Assembly (NCBI GenBank): GCA_049296095.1
Contig: JBAQRV010000001.1
Span: forward strand, 600,001-632,000
Reading direction: 5' to 3'
Source: Candidatus Saccharimonadota bacterium
Lineage (GTDB): Bacteria > Patescibacteriota > Saccharimonadia > Saccharimonadales > Saccharimonadaceae
Length of the DNA: 32,000 nt
Numbering within the stretch: position 1 is the stretch's first letter; every line of letters begins with the position of its first letter. The notes below the pieces were generated by a model. It did no database searches. It had not been told where the DNA came from and saw only the letters and a program-made list of their open reading frames with translations. Position numbers and translations under genes: made by a program. Below, piece by piece: positions 6,600 through 14,060 of the stretch.

Positions 6600-7821
6600 G
6601 TTCAATCAGGAACGTCCGCTGATCATGCACATTGACCTTAATAGTTGTTTTGCAACCGTTGAACAGCAGGCTCGGCCGATGTTGCGCGGAAAACCTGTGG
6701 GGATTGCCAATCGTCGCAGTGATAAAACAGCGCTGGTGACGGCAAGTTATGAAGCAAAAAAGATGGGTGTGAAAGTTGGTATGAAAGTGCGTGATGCAAA
6801 GATCTTATGCCCGGATCTTGTCGTACTGGAAAGTGATCCATCGAAGTATCGCTACGTCTATCATCGGTTGCTGGACATCATGAAAGACTATTCGGCCCAC
6901 GTGACGATGAAGAGTATCGACGAGGGGGTGATTGATTTCCATAATACAACGGCCGCGGTGCAGGGACGGGATCTGGTTGAAATTGGGATGGAGATAAAAC
7001 AACGACTGAAGGATGAAATTGGCATCTGGATGCGTTGCAATATTGGCATTGCGACCAATCGATTCCTGGCTAAAACTGCGGCAGGATTGCATAAACCAGA
7101 TGGGCTCGATGTGATAACGTCGCAAAACATCCGGCAGGTGCTAGGGGAGTTGAAGCTGACGGATCTGACGGGAATTGCTCATCGCAATGAGGCGAGGCTG
7201 AATAGTGTCGGCATTATGACTCCCCTACAGTTTCTTGATACAGATTCGACAACACTGCATAGGATTGTGTTTAAAAGCGTGGTTGGCGATTGGTGGTACA
7301 AGCGACTGCGGGGCTGGGAGGTAGATGATGTCGCTACCGATATCAAGCGAGTCGGCCGACAGTATGTGTTAGAGAGTTTCGATTTATCGTATGAGCAGAT
7401 CGTGCAGCGGCTGCATCATTTGTGTGAATCGGTCGGGAGCCGCTTGCGGTCGCAGGACAAGGCAGCGCGGGGGATTTATGTTTATGCAAAAACTCTCGAG
7501 CATGGCTATTGGCACAGCTCTTCCCTATCCATACTCCCCTTCTCTTCTGACCAAACAATTTTTGCCCAGGCAAAGCAGTTGTTTGATAAGGCACCAGATG
7601 GGTTGAAAGAAATAGGGATTCACTGCTATGAGCTCGAGCCTATCGAAGATCCACAGATTAGCCTGTTTCATGATCAAATTGTGCGCGAGCAACAGGTGAC
7701 GAGCGCGATTGATGATATTAATAAACGATACGGTGATCGGACGATTCACTCGGCCGATACTTTGGGGACGGGAATCTATGTACAGGCCAAGATTCCGTTT
7801 GGGAGTACGCGGTATTTGTAG
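6592..7821 (+). CDS. Y-family DNA polymerase (UmuC/ImpB-like translesion polymerase)
   Basis: IMHIDLNSCFATVEQ...GKPVGIANR....LVTASYEAKKMGVKVGM matches the catalytic N-terminus of Y-family polymerases. The D-x-NS-F/Y signature looks more like the UmuC subgroup than DinB. Confidence 0.85.
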   Translation: MSEFNQERPLIMHIDLNSCFATVEQQARPMLRGKPVGIANRRSDKTALVTASYEAKKMGVKVGMKVRDAKILCPDLVVLESDPSKYRYVYHRLLDIMKDYSAHVTMKSIDEGVIDFHNTTAAVQGRDLVEIGMEIKQRLKDEIGIWMRCNIGIATNRFLAKTAAGLHKPDGLDVITSQNIRQVLGELKLTDLTGIAHRNEARLNSVGIMTPLQFLDTDSTTLHRIVFKSVVGDWWYKRLRGWEVDDVATDIKRVGRQYVLESFDLSYEQIVQRLHHLCESVGSRLRSQDKAARGIYVYAKTLEHGYWHSSSLSILPFSSDQTIFAQAKQLFDKAPDGLKEIGIHCYELEPIEDPQISLFHDQIVREQQVTSAIDDINKRYGDRTIHSADTLGTGIYVQAKIPFGSTRYL

Positions 7822-7850
7822 TAACTTCGTTAGTGCTAACTATAAAATAT

Positions 7851-7884
7851 CTTATGTAAGTTTAGGCCTCGAAACTTACATAAG
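7851..7884. promoter_or_regulatory. Perfect 13-bp inverted repeat (CTTATGTAAGTTT-n8-AAACTTACATAAG) abutting the Fic promoter
   Basis: Read directly. The right arm ends 2 nt before the -35 hexamer, and the loop contains AGGCCT. Confidence 0.6.
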
Positions 7885-7886
7885 AC

Positions 7887-7915
7887 TTGACATAATTAAG
7901 TTTCGAAGCTATACT
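7887..7915 (+). promoter_or_regulatory. Sigma-70-type promoter (TTGACA-17 nt-TATACT) for the Fic gene
   Basis: Consensus -35 with a 17-nt spacer. Confidence 0.5.
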
Positions 7916-7946
7916 TTACTTATAGATAAAAATATGGAGTAATACT

Positions 7947-9122
7947 GTGGTATCTAAAGAACGATATATTGCTGGAACGAAACGAACTGCACATGCTAAT
8001 ACTGGCTATTCCTATAGCTATTTCCTCCCTACACCTGTGTCGGTCAGTCTTCATATTGAAGATCAGACATTGGGCCGTTTATTAGAAGAAGCAACCCATA
8101 GCCTAGGGGAACTGAATGCCTATGCAAGATTTGTCCCTGATATTGAATACTTTATTCGTATGCATGAGACAAAGGAGGCGACTGCATCTAATAAGATTGA
8201 GGGTACGCAGACTAATATGGACGAGGCACTTATGCGGGAAGAAGATATTACACCTGAACGTCGTGGCGACTGGCAGGAGGTTCAGAATTATTTAAAGGCC
8301 ATGAAGTTTGCTATTGAAAAATTAGATGACCTTCCGATTATCTCGCGCCTCTTGAATGATACGCATGCAATCCTGTTGCAAGGAGTGCGCGGGGCTGGTA
8401 AGCAGCCTGGTACAATACGCACTTCACAGAACTGGATTGGTGGTGCGACACTGAAGGATGCACGGTTTATCCCTCCTCATAATCAGCACCTTCCTGAGCT
8501 TTTGTCGGACCTTGAACGGTTTATTAATACTAACGACCTACAGATGCCATTTTTGTTAAAGGCTGGGATTGCGCATTACCAATTCGAAACGATTCACCCT
8601 TATCTTGATGGTAATGGGCGACTTGGGCGACTACTGATTATTCTCTTCCTCATTCAACGGGATATGCTAGACAAACCAGTGTTATATTTGTCTACCTTTT
8701 TCGAGGAACATCGTCAGGAATATTATGATGCGCTCAGCCGAGTGCGTACACATAATGATATTGAGCATTGGCTCAAGTTCTTCCTGGTTGGTGTGAATGA
8801 GACTGCAAAAAAAGCAGTAACGACTCTGCAGGCAATCATGAAATTGCGTGAGGAGCACCATGCAAAGTTACTCGAGCTCGGGCGCCGTGCCCCGCGTGCG
8901 CATCAACTATTAAAGCACCTCTACCGAGATCCAATTATATCGGTCACGGACGCAGCTTCGGTCCTATCAATTAGCTTGCCTGCTGCTAATGCTCTGGTCG
9001 CCGAACTGGAGAGGATCGGTATTTTGCGCGAGATAACTGGCTTTAATCGCAATCGATTATTTTCTTATCAGGCCTATATCAACCTCTTTAAGGATGCCGA
9101 GCCTGCCCCGACCGATAAATAG
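7947..9122 (+). CDS. Fic family protein (AMPylase-type) with N-terminal Fic/DOC_N region, an intramolecular inhibitory motif and a C-terminal winged-helix-like domain
   Basis: Fic motif HPYLDGNGRLGR; inhibitory (S/T)xxxE(G/N) motif SNKIEG; GTG start with GGAG 7 nt upstream. Confidence 0.85.
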   Translation: MVSKERYIAGTKRTAHANTGYSYSYFLPTPVSVSLHIEDQTLGRLLEEATHSLGELNAYARFVPDIEYFIRMHETKEATASNKIEGTQTNMDEALMREEDITPERRGDWQEVQNYLKAMKFAIEKLDDLPIISRLLNDTHAILLQGVRGAGKQPGTIRTSQNWIGGATLKDARFIPPHNQHLPELLSDLERFINTNDLQMPFLLKAGIAHYQFETIHPYLDGNGRLGRLLIILFLIQRDMLDKPVLYLSTFFEEHRQEYYDALSRVRTHNDIEHWLKFFLVGVNETAKKAVTTLQAIMKLREEHHAKLLELGRRAPRAHQLLKHLYRDPIISVTDAASVLSISLPAANALVAELERIGILREITGFNRNRLFSYQAYINLFKDAEPAPTDK

Positions 9123-9185
9123 TTGGTCGATTAGTAGTGTGGTACAATTTTGATAAGCGTTGCTGTGGTAATGCTTACACACAAT

Positions 9186-9340
9186 TTGGCAACACAACCT
9201 AACCTGAGTAGTTTATATAACGAAAGGCATGGTTGAAAAATCGCGTAAACGATACTGACCCCGTCATTCAGGTTCGTTTACGCGTCATATTGGGAAACCT
9301 TTATGGGGCCGCAAGGTCCGCCTGGTGGCGGGTTTTGTGT
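9186..9340 (+). promoter_or_regulatory. Candidate promoter plus structured leader ending in an intrinsic terminator, upstream of the modular pilin gene
   Basis: TTGGCA-17 nt-TAGTTT (9186..9214). Long hairpin CGCGTAAACGA(9242-9252)/TCGTTTACGCG(9274-9284), extended internally by CTGA/TCAG. Hairpin ACCTT/AAGGT (9297-9317). CCGCC-tggt-GGCGG followed by GTTTTGTGT (9318..9340). Confidence 0.35.
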
Positions 9341-9399
9341 ATCCCGAAGTCTTAAAAGTTAATAATTATTTAAGAACTTGACGGCAGAATAGGGTAGAT

Positions 9400-10545
9400 A
9401 TGGGCATCAAAGGATCAAGAAGTGGATTTACTATTGTTGAGCTGCTGATTGTTATTGTGGTGATAGCCATCCTAGCTGCTCTCAGTCTTGTTGCTTTCAA
9501 TGGTATTCGCACTCGCGCCGAGGATGCCTCATTACAGAGTGAGACTAGCCAGGCAGCCAAGAAAGTCTTAACCTATAAATCGCTTAACGGCGAAATCTTG
9601 CCCACTGACTCAACCATGGCCGACCTGTCGGTTGGTTCTGGCCATGATCTTTATTATCGACTCACTCCTGATGGCAAGAACTTTTGTGTCGCTGTAAACA
9701 TCACGGGCAGTCCTGAGCGTGCCTACTCCGCAACTTCCACAAATGCTGTTGCTAAGAAGGGTACTTGTCAAGGGTATATTCTTGTTCCTGGTAACTCTGC
9801 CCTTGGCACTAGTGATTTTTGGGTGATGAAGTATGAGGCTAAGAACGTTTCTGGTGTTGCTATGAGTCAAGCGAGTGGAGCGCCATGGGTATCTATTATC
9901 CAGTCGGATGCCATCGCTGCATCACAGACTACATGCGAAGGATGCCATCTTGTATCTGAAGCTGAATGGATGACACTTGCGGGTAACGTCTTGTCTGTTT
10001 CGAGTAACTGGAGTGGGGGAGTGGTTGGCAGTGGCTACATTTACTCAGGACATAATGACGGTAGTCCAGGTAATGCACTTGTTGCTAGCTCTACGGATAC
10101 TGACGGGTACAACGGCACTGGACAAAGTGGTACGTCAAGCCAGCGTCGTACGTTGACGTTGACTAATGGCGAGGTGGTATGGGATCTTTCGGGAAATATA
10201 TGGGAGTGGACTACGGGAACTCTCAGTGGCGGTCAATTGCCCGGTGTGATTGGGCAGCCGATTCAATGGCAAAATTGGAATGACTCTCAGTTGAGCTGGA
10301 ATGGTCTTCCTTCGATAAGTCGACCAACTTCATTAACCTCTGCATATGATCTTTCACTAATTACAAGTTGGACGATAGCTAATGGAGTCGGTGGCCTTTT
10401 TAGTTTTCATTCAGATACATTGCCACGAGGCTTCCTTCGTAGTGGGGGTTGGGACGCTTTTCCAGACGTTGGTGTGCTTACATTACATTTGGGTAATGTC
10501 CCAAGTTCAACTAACGAATTTATTGGCTTCCGAGTTGCTCGGTGA
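9400..10545 (+). CDS. Bimodular type IV pilin: prepilin N-terminus and pilin domain fused to an FGE-sulfatase (SUMF1/C-type-lectin-fold) domain
   Basis: Class III signal peptide and methylation motif SG/FTIVELLIVIVVIAILAA with Glu5. Two cysteines (FCVAV...GTCQG) sit where the pilin D-region disulfide usually does. From about residue 126: YILVPG...DFWVMKYEAKN, GNIWEWTTG, LRSGGW and a C-terminal IGFRVAR, which are hallmarks of the FGE-sulfatase family. Confidence 0.8.
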   Translation: MGIKGSRSGFTIVELLIVIVVIAILAALSLVAFNGIRTRAEDASLQSETSQAAKKVLTYKSLNGEILPTDSTMADLSVGSGHDLYYRLTPDGKNFCVAVNITGSPERAYSATSTNAVAKKGTCQGYILVPGNSALGTSDFWVMKYEAKNVSGVAMSQASGAPWVSIIQSDAIAASQTTCEGCHLVSEAEWMTLAGNVLSVSSNWSGGVVGSGYIYSGHNDGSPGNALVASSTDTDGYNGTGQSGTSSQRRTLTLTNGEVVWDLSGNIWEWTTGTLSGGQLPGVIGQPIQWQNWNDSQLSWNGLPSISRPTSLTSAYDLSLITSWTIANGVGGLFSFHSDTLPRGFLRSGGWDAFPDVGVLTLHLGNVPSSTNEFIGFRVAR

Positions 10546-10551
10546 TATTTG

Positions 10552-11154
10552 CTAAAATTCCTTGATCAAATCCGGCCGTTCTAAAAGTAAACCATAAAGC
10601 TGCTCGAAATAGGGCAGTATTCTCGGTGAGGTCTCTACCTGTGAAATCTTTTGTCGTTTCGCGTCATGAAGCATTTTTGCGGTAACACCGTTTTTCTTCC
10701 AGCTATAGCCATCGTGAATGTAAATCAACATAATTGGCATGATCTTATCGAGCGCGTAGACGAACTGCGATTCTGGGTCACTTTTCTTTTCATATTGATG
10801 AATTGCTTCGGTAAGATCCTTGAAGTCAGACCAATCCTTCTCAAGTTGTTTGAGAGCCTGCGCTTCACGATCGACCTTTGAATCGAGCTCTTCTTTTGAT
10901 CCATAGAAATAGGTATCACCAGCATGGACCTCAACTAGGTCATGAATCAACGCATACGAAATGATTTTATTCTTATCGAGTTCAGGAAACCATTGACTGA
11001 GATACCAGCCAGTCATCGCAAGATTGTAGCTGTGCTCAGTATCGTTCTCGGGGACAAAAGTTCCCAAATGATTTCGGTGTGCACCACGCTCAACCTGGCT
11101 AAAGACTGCAAGTAGTTTTTGGAATTCCAAGAGCCGATGAATATCTGGTTGCAT
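10552..11154 (-). CDS. HD domain phosphohydrolase (YfbR-like 5'-deoxynucleotidase family)
   Basis: H...HS.N....(W) and ALIHDLVEVHAGDT give an H-HD-D metal-binding pattern. Confidence 0.75.
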   Translation of the reverse strand: MQPDIHRLLEFQKLLAVFSQVERGAHRNHLGTFVPENDTEHSYNLAMTGWYLSQWFPELDKNKIISYALIHDLVEVHAGDTYFYGSKEELDSKVDREAQALKQLEKDWSDFKDLTEAIHQYEKKSDPESQFVYALDKIMPIMLIYIHDGYSWKKNGVTAKMLHDAKRQKISQVETSPRILPYFEQLYGLLLERPDLIKEF

Positions 11155-11160
11155 AGTCGC

Positions 11161-11166
11161 AGTATA
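11161..11166 (-). promoter_or_regulatory. -10 box TGgTATACT, 6 nt upstream of ATG of the HD-domain gene (leaderless candidate)
   Basis: mRNA sense reads GTGGTATACT-GCGACT-ATG. Confidence 0.4.
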
Positions 11167-11227
11167 CCACAGAGGTCAGATCTGTTATAATAAAGAAAAT
11201 CACAGAAAAGCTAACGGAGTTTTCTTT

Positions 11228-11947
11228 ATGTCTGGACATAGCAAATGGTCAACAATCAAACGCGAAAAAGGTGCCAAAGACGCCAAGCGCGGTGCAGTAT
11301 TTACTAAAATTGGTAATCAAATTGCGATTGCGGCTCGTGGTGGTACCGACCCTTCAATGAACACCTCGCTTGCGATGGCGATTGAAAAAGCCAAACAAGC
11401 AAATATGCCAGCAGCGAATATCCAACGCGCAATTGACCGCGTGGCCGACAAGAATGCGGCAGTGCTAGAAGAAGCAACCTACGAAGCAATGGGTCCTGGC
11501 GGCGTCGGTATTATTATTGAGACCGCAACTGACAATAAAAATCGTACTTTTCCTGAAGTACGCAACGCGCTGACAAAAAATGGTGGTCGCATCGCTGATG
11601 CGGGCAGTGTCATGTTCCAATTCACTCGTAAAGGCGTGATTACTGTCACAGCGACCGGTGAAGATGCGCTCCTGACTATCCTAGACGCTGGTGCTGAAGA
11701 TGCTGTTGAAGAAGAGGGTGAAATTATTGTCTATACCGATCAGAAGGATCTTGCAAAGGTTCGGACGGCGATTGCTGAGGCTGGATTACCTATCACAGGA
11801 GCAGAGTTGCAATACGTCCCAAACAATACAATTGAGATTGCGGAAAAGGACACGGCTGAAAAAGTCTTGAAGGTGATGGACGCGCTCGACGACCTCGATG
11901 ATGTGACAAATGTGCACACAAACGCTGATATTACTGCTGACATTTAG
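11228..11947 (+). CDS. yebC: YebC/PmpR family DNA-binding transcriptional regulator
   Basis: MSGHSKWSTIKREKGAKDAKRGAVFTKI is the hallmark N-terminus; the length of 239 aa fits. Confidence 0.9.
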   Translation: MSGHSKWSTIKREKGAKDAKRGAVFTKIGNQIAIAARGGTDPSMNTSLAMAIEKAKQANMPAANIQRAIDRVADKNAAVLEEATYEAMGPGGVGIIIETATDNKNRTFPEVRNALTKNGGRIADAGSVMFQFTRKGVITVTATGEDALLTILDAGAEDAVEEEGEIIVYTDQKDLAKVRTAIAEAGLPITGAELQYVPNNTIEIAEKDTAEKVLKVMDALDDLDDVTNVHTNADITADI

Positions 11948-11980
11948 TCAGTAGCTTAGATCGATTTAAGAACTCCTCGC

Positions 11981-11986
11981 TATAGT
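11981..11986 (+). promoter_or_regulatory. -10 box TATAGT, 7 nt upstream of ATG 11994 (leaderless candidate)
   Basis: TATAGT-CGAGGAC-ATG. The box sits in the loop of CCTCG...CGAGG. Confidence 0.4.
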
Positions 11987-11993
11987 CGAGGAC

Positions 11994-13565
11994 ATGCTGA
12001 AGGTATTTCGTGGACTGGTTTTGACTGTCGCAATGATCGTCGCGAATGCGTATGTTCCCCCGACATACGCAGCCTCAGCTAATGTCGTCATTACCCATAT
12101 TCAGGCAGGTGGCGTCGGCGCAGCGTTAGAAGAACTTGTATTTATCTACAATAATTCGCCTGATGAAGTCGACATTACTCATTGGTGCGTAAAGAATAAG
12201 AGCAATGTCGACATTGTCTGCTTTTTACCGTACGGTCCAGCTGGGCGGGTCTATCTTCCTGCACACAGTTATGCGACGATTGCCTCGTCCTTTCTAGTAG
12301 CGGCACATTACGGCACTAGCTTTAGCGGTATGTATTCACCGAGTAACCAGAGTAGCGGCAGTATTATTGGCAGTAGTGATATGATCTCGTTGGTCGATCG
12401 TGCTGGGATAATTGTCGACAGTTATGAATGGACAACGAGCCTAGCGGGCGGATCCTTATTTGAACGCAAGCTGTCTAGCGACACTCTGTCGTATATCGAT
12501 ACAGACCAGCCGACCGACTGGCAGATTGGGACCCTTCAAGGGGTGCCACCGAACAGTGTCGTGCGCCGTGATGTATTAGATGATCTGTGTCTCAATATTG
12601 ACGGCACACAACTGGAGGTACCTGAAGGGCTCGAGCTGAAAGCAGACGGGAGTTGTTTGCCTCCGTTGTCGCAACTATATATTACCGAGTTGTTGCCGAA
12701 TGCGAGCGGGAGTGACACGGGCCATGAATTTATTGAACTCTACAACCCAAACTCTGACCCAATCAATCTTGATAATTATCTCCTAAGGATCGGTCCGACT
12801 TTTGAGACCGAGGCTCGTTTCCCTGCAGGAAGTACCATAGGGCCTTATTCCTATGTAGTATTTGATAACGCTGTGATGAACTATAGCCTGCTTAATACGT
12901 CTAGTCGCGTACAACTAGTGAGCCTTGGTGGACTGATGTTTGACGAGGTTCCACGTTATGAAAACCCTGATGATGACGAATCATGGGCCCTGATTGAAGG
13001 GATTTGGCAGTATACTTCACAGCCGACTCCAGGTGGTGAAAATCGAGCAAGTGACGCTTTGTCATCAGATGCCAGTACCGAGACAGTTGCTTTACAGCCC
13101 TGTGCAGCCAATCAATATCGTAGTCCCGAGACGAATCGTTGCCGATTGATATCGACACCTGCAACAGTCACGCCATGTAAGGATGGACAGTATCGTAGCG
13201 AGGAAACGAACCGCTGTCGAAATATTGCCAGTGATGCTGATTTGCCAAAACCCTGTGAAGAAGGTGAGGAGCGTAACGCTGAGACTGGTCGTTGTCGTAA
13301 GATTGTCGTCGCCTCGGTCCCGACTCCTTGCAAAGAAGGGCAAGAGCGCAATCCAGAGACGAATCGTTGCCGAAATATTGTTGCTATGACCAAGGCGGAT
13401 TATGCAGTGTTGGGGACGCAATCGCAGAGTAATAATAATTGGTATATATGGGCGGCTATCATCGGACTTTTGCTGGCGATACTTGGTTATGCTGCTTGGG
13501 AGTGGCGTTGGGAGCTAGGCAAGCTGCGAGATAAGTTGTTAAAGTTTGTCCGAATCCGTAAGTAA
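11994..13565 (+). CDS. Surface protein with signal peptide, two lamin-tail domains (LTD), four Cys-pair repeats and a C-terminal TM anchor
   Basis: LTD signatures VITHIQAGG...EELVFIYNNS...VDITHW and LYITELLPNASGSDTGHEFIELYNPNSDPINLDNYLL. The C-terminal anchor is WYIWAAIIGLLLAILGYAAWEW followed by basic residues. Confidence 0.75.
   Translation: MLKVFRGLVLTVAMIVANAYVPPTYAASANVVITHIQAGGVGAALEELVFIYNNSPDEVDITHWCVKNKSNVDIVCFLPYGPAGRVYLPAHSYATIASSFLVAAHYGTSFSGMYSPSNQSSGSIIGSSDMISLVDRAGIIVDSYEWTTSLAGGSLFERKLSSDTLSYIDTDQPTDWQIGTLQGVPPNSVVRRDVLDDLCLNIDGTQLEVPEGLELKADGSCLPPLSQLYITELLPNASGSDTGHEFIELYNPNSDPINLDNYLLRIGPTFETEARFPAGSTIGPYSYVVFDNAVMNYSLLNTSSRVQLVSLGGLMFDEVPRYENPDDDESWALIEGIWQYTSQPTPGGENRASDALSSDASTETVALQPCAANQYRSPETNRCRLISTPATVTPCKDGQYRSEETNRCRNIASDADLPKPCEEGEERNAETGRCRKIVVASVPTPCKEGQERNPETNRCRNIVAMTKADYAVLGTQSQSNNNWYIWAAIIGLLLAILGYAAWEWRWELGKLRDKLLKFVRIRK
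13098..13379 (+). repeat. Four tandem 25-26-aa coding repeats, PC(x)2G(Q/E)(Y/E)R(x)2ET(N/G)RCR(x)I
   Basis: First-Cys codons fall at 13101, 13176, 13254 and 13329, giving periods of 75, 78 and 75 nt. The DNA word GAGACGAATCGTTGCCGA recurs in repeats 1 and 4. Confidence 0.85.
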
Positions 13566-13567
13566 CC

Positions 13568-13573
13568 TATACT
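13568..13573 (+). promoter_or_regulatory. -10 box TATACT, 7 nt upstream of ruvC ATG (leaderless candidate)
   Basis: TATACT-AGGCTGT-ATG. Confidence 0.4.
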
Positions 13574-13580
13574 AGGCTGT

Positions 13581-14060
13581 ATGAGAATAATCGGTATTGA
13601 TCCAGGCACGGGCATCTTAGGCTTTGGCGTCATCGACGTTCAAGGTACCAAGATGAAGCTTGTTGATGCTGGTGTGATTCGAACGCCCGTCAATACGCCT
13701 CATGATGAGCGTTTGGAGGAGATTTTTGATGGACTGACTGAAATCATCGCCCTTAACAAGCCAACTGCTTTTTCAATCGAAAAGCTCTTCTTTACCAATA
13801 ATATTACGACGGCTATGTCTGTCGCTGAGGCACGCGGAGTGGCCCTGTTGGTTGCACGAAAAGCACAACTGCCGATAGCAGAGTATACTCCTCAGCAGAT
13901 AAAGCAGACAATCAGCGGATACGGGAAGGCAGATAAAAAGCAGGTCCAGGAAATGGTGCGTATGCAGCTTGGTCTAAAGGAAGTGCCAAAACCTGATGAC
14001 TGCGCCGATGCCCTTGCCGCTGCGATTACCCATTCGCTCATGAGCCGCCTCACCAGTTAA
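13581..14060 (+). CDS. ruvC: Crossover junction endodeoxyribonuclease RuvC
   Basis: MRIIGIDPGTGILGFGVID, then ...EKLFF..N...A..V..ARG and ..ADALA.A. Confidence 0.85.
   Translation: MRIIGIDPGTGILGFGVIDVQGTKMKLVDAGVIRTPVNTPHDERLEEIFDGLTEIIALNKPTAFSIEKLFFTNNITTAMSVAEARGVALLVARKAQLPIAEYTPQQIKQTISGYGKADKKQVQEMVRMQLGLKEVPKPDDCADALAAAITHSLMSRLTS

Noticed and set aside
9288-9332. Resemblance of GGGAAACC...GCCGCAAGGTCCGCC to the conserved GGCAAACC...GACGCAAAGCC core of the c-di-GMP-I (GEMM-I) riboswitch, which often precedes pilus genes.
   Set aside because: The intervening P2 hairpin with tetraloop is missing and the flanking helices do not match the GEMM-I architecture as I remember it. This cannot be settled without a covariance-model scan.
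9134-10523. Possible DGR template-repeat/variable-region pair. The spacer 9134..9216 shares ordered short words (GTAGTG, CGTTG, TGCTTACA, ATTTGG, CTAAC, TTTAT) with the 3' end of the pilin-FGE gene (10439..10523) and is AAC-rich.
   Set aside because: Alignment needs several indels and the offsets vary (0, +4, -2, +7, +2). Mismatches are not restricted to adenines. The longest exact match is 8 nt, which is expected by chance at this scale. No reverse transcriptase ORF exists in the window. A remote DGR is still worth checking genome-wide.
13092-13421. Antisense or alternative-frame ORFs embedded in confidently identified genes, for example 13092..13421(-), 13112..13393(-), 14964..15296(-), 24719..25225(-), 26517..26768(-), 26778..27122(-), 27579..27941(-), 29357..29764(+) and 2981..3232(-).
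   Set aside because: Each lies wholly within a longer ORF that has clear family motifs on the other strand or frame. Their sequences are low-complexity (S/R/T-rich) mirror products, with no start-site signals.
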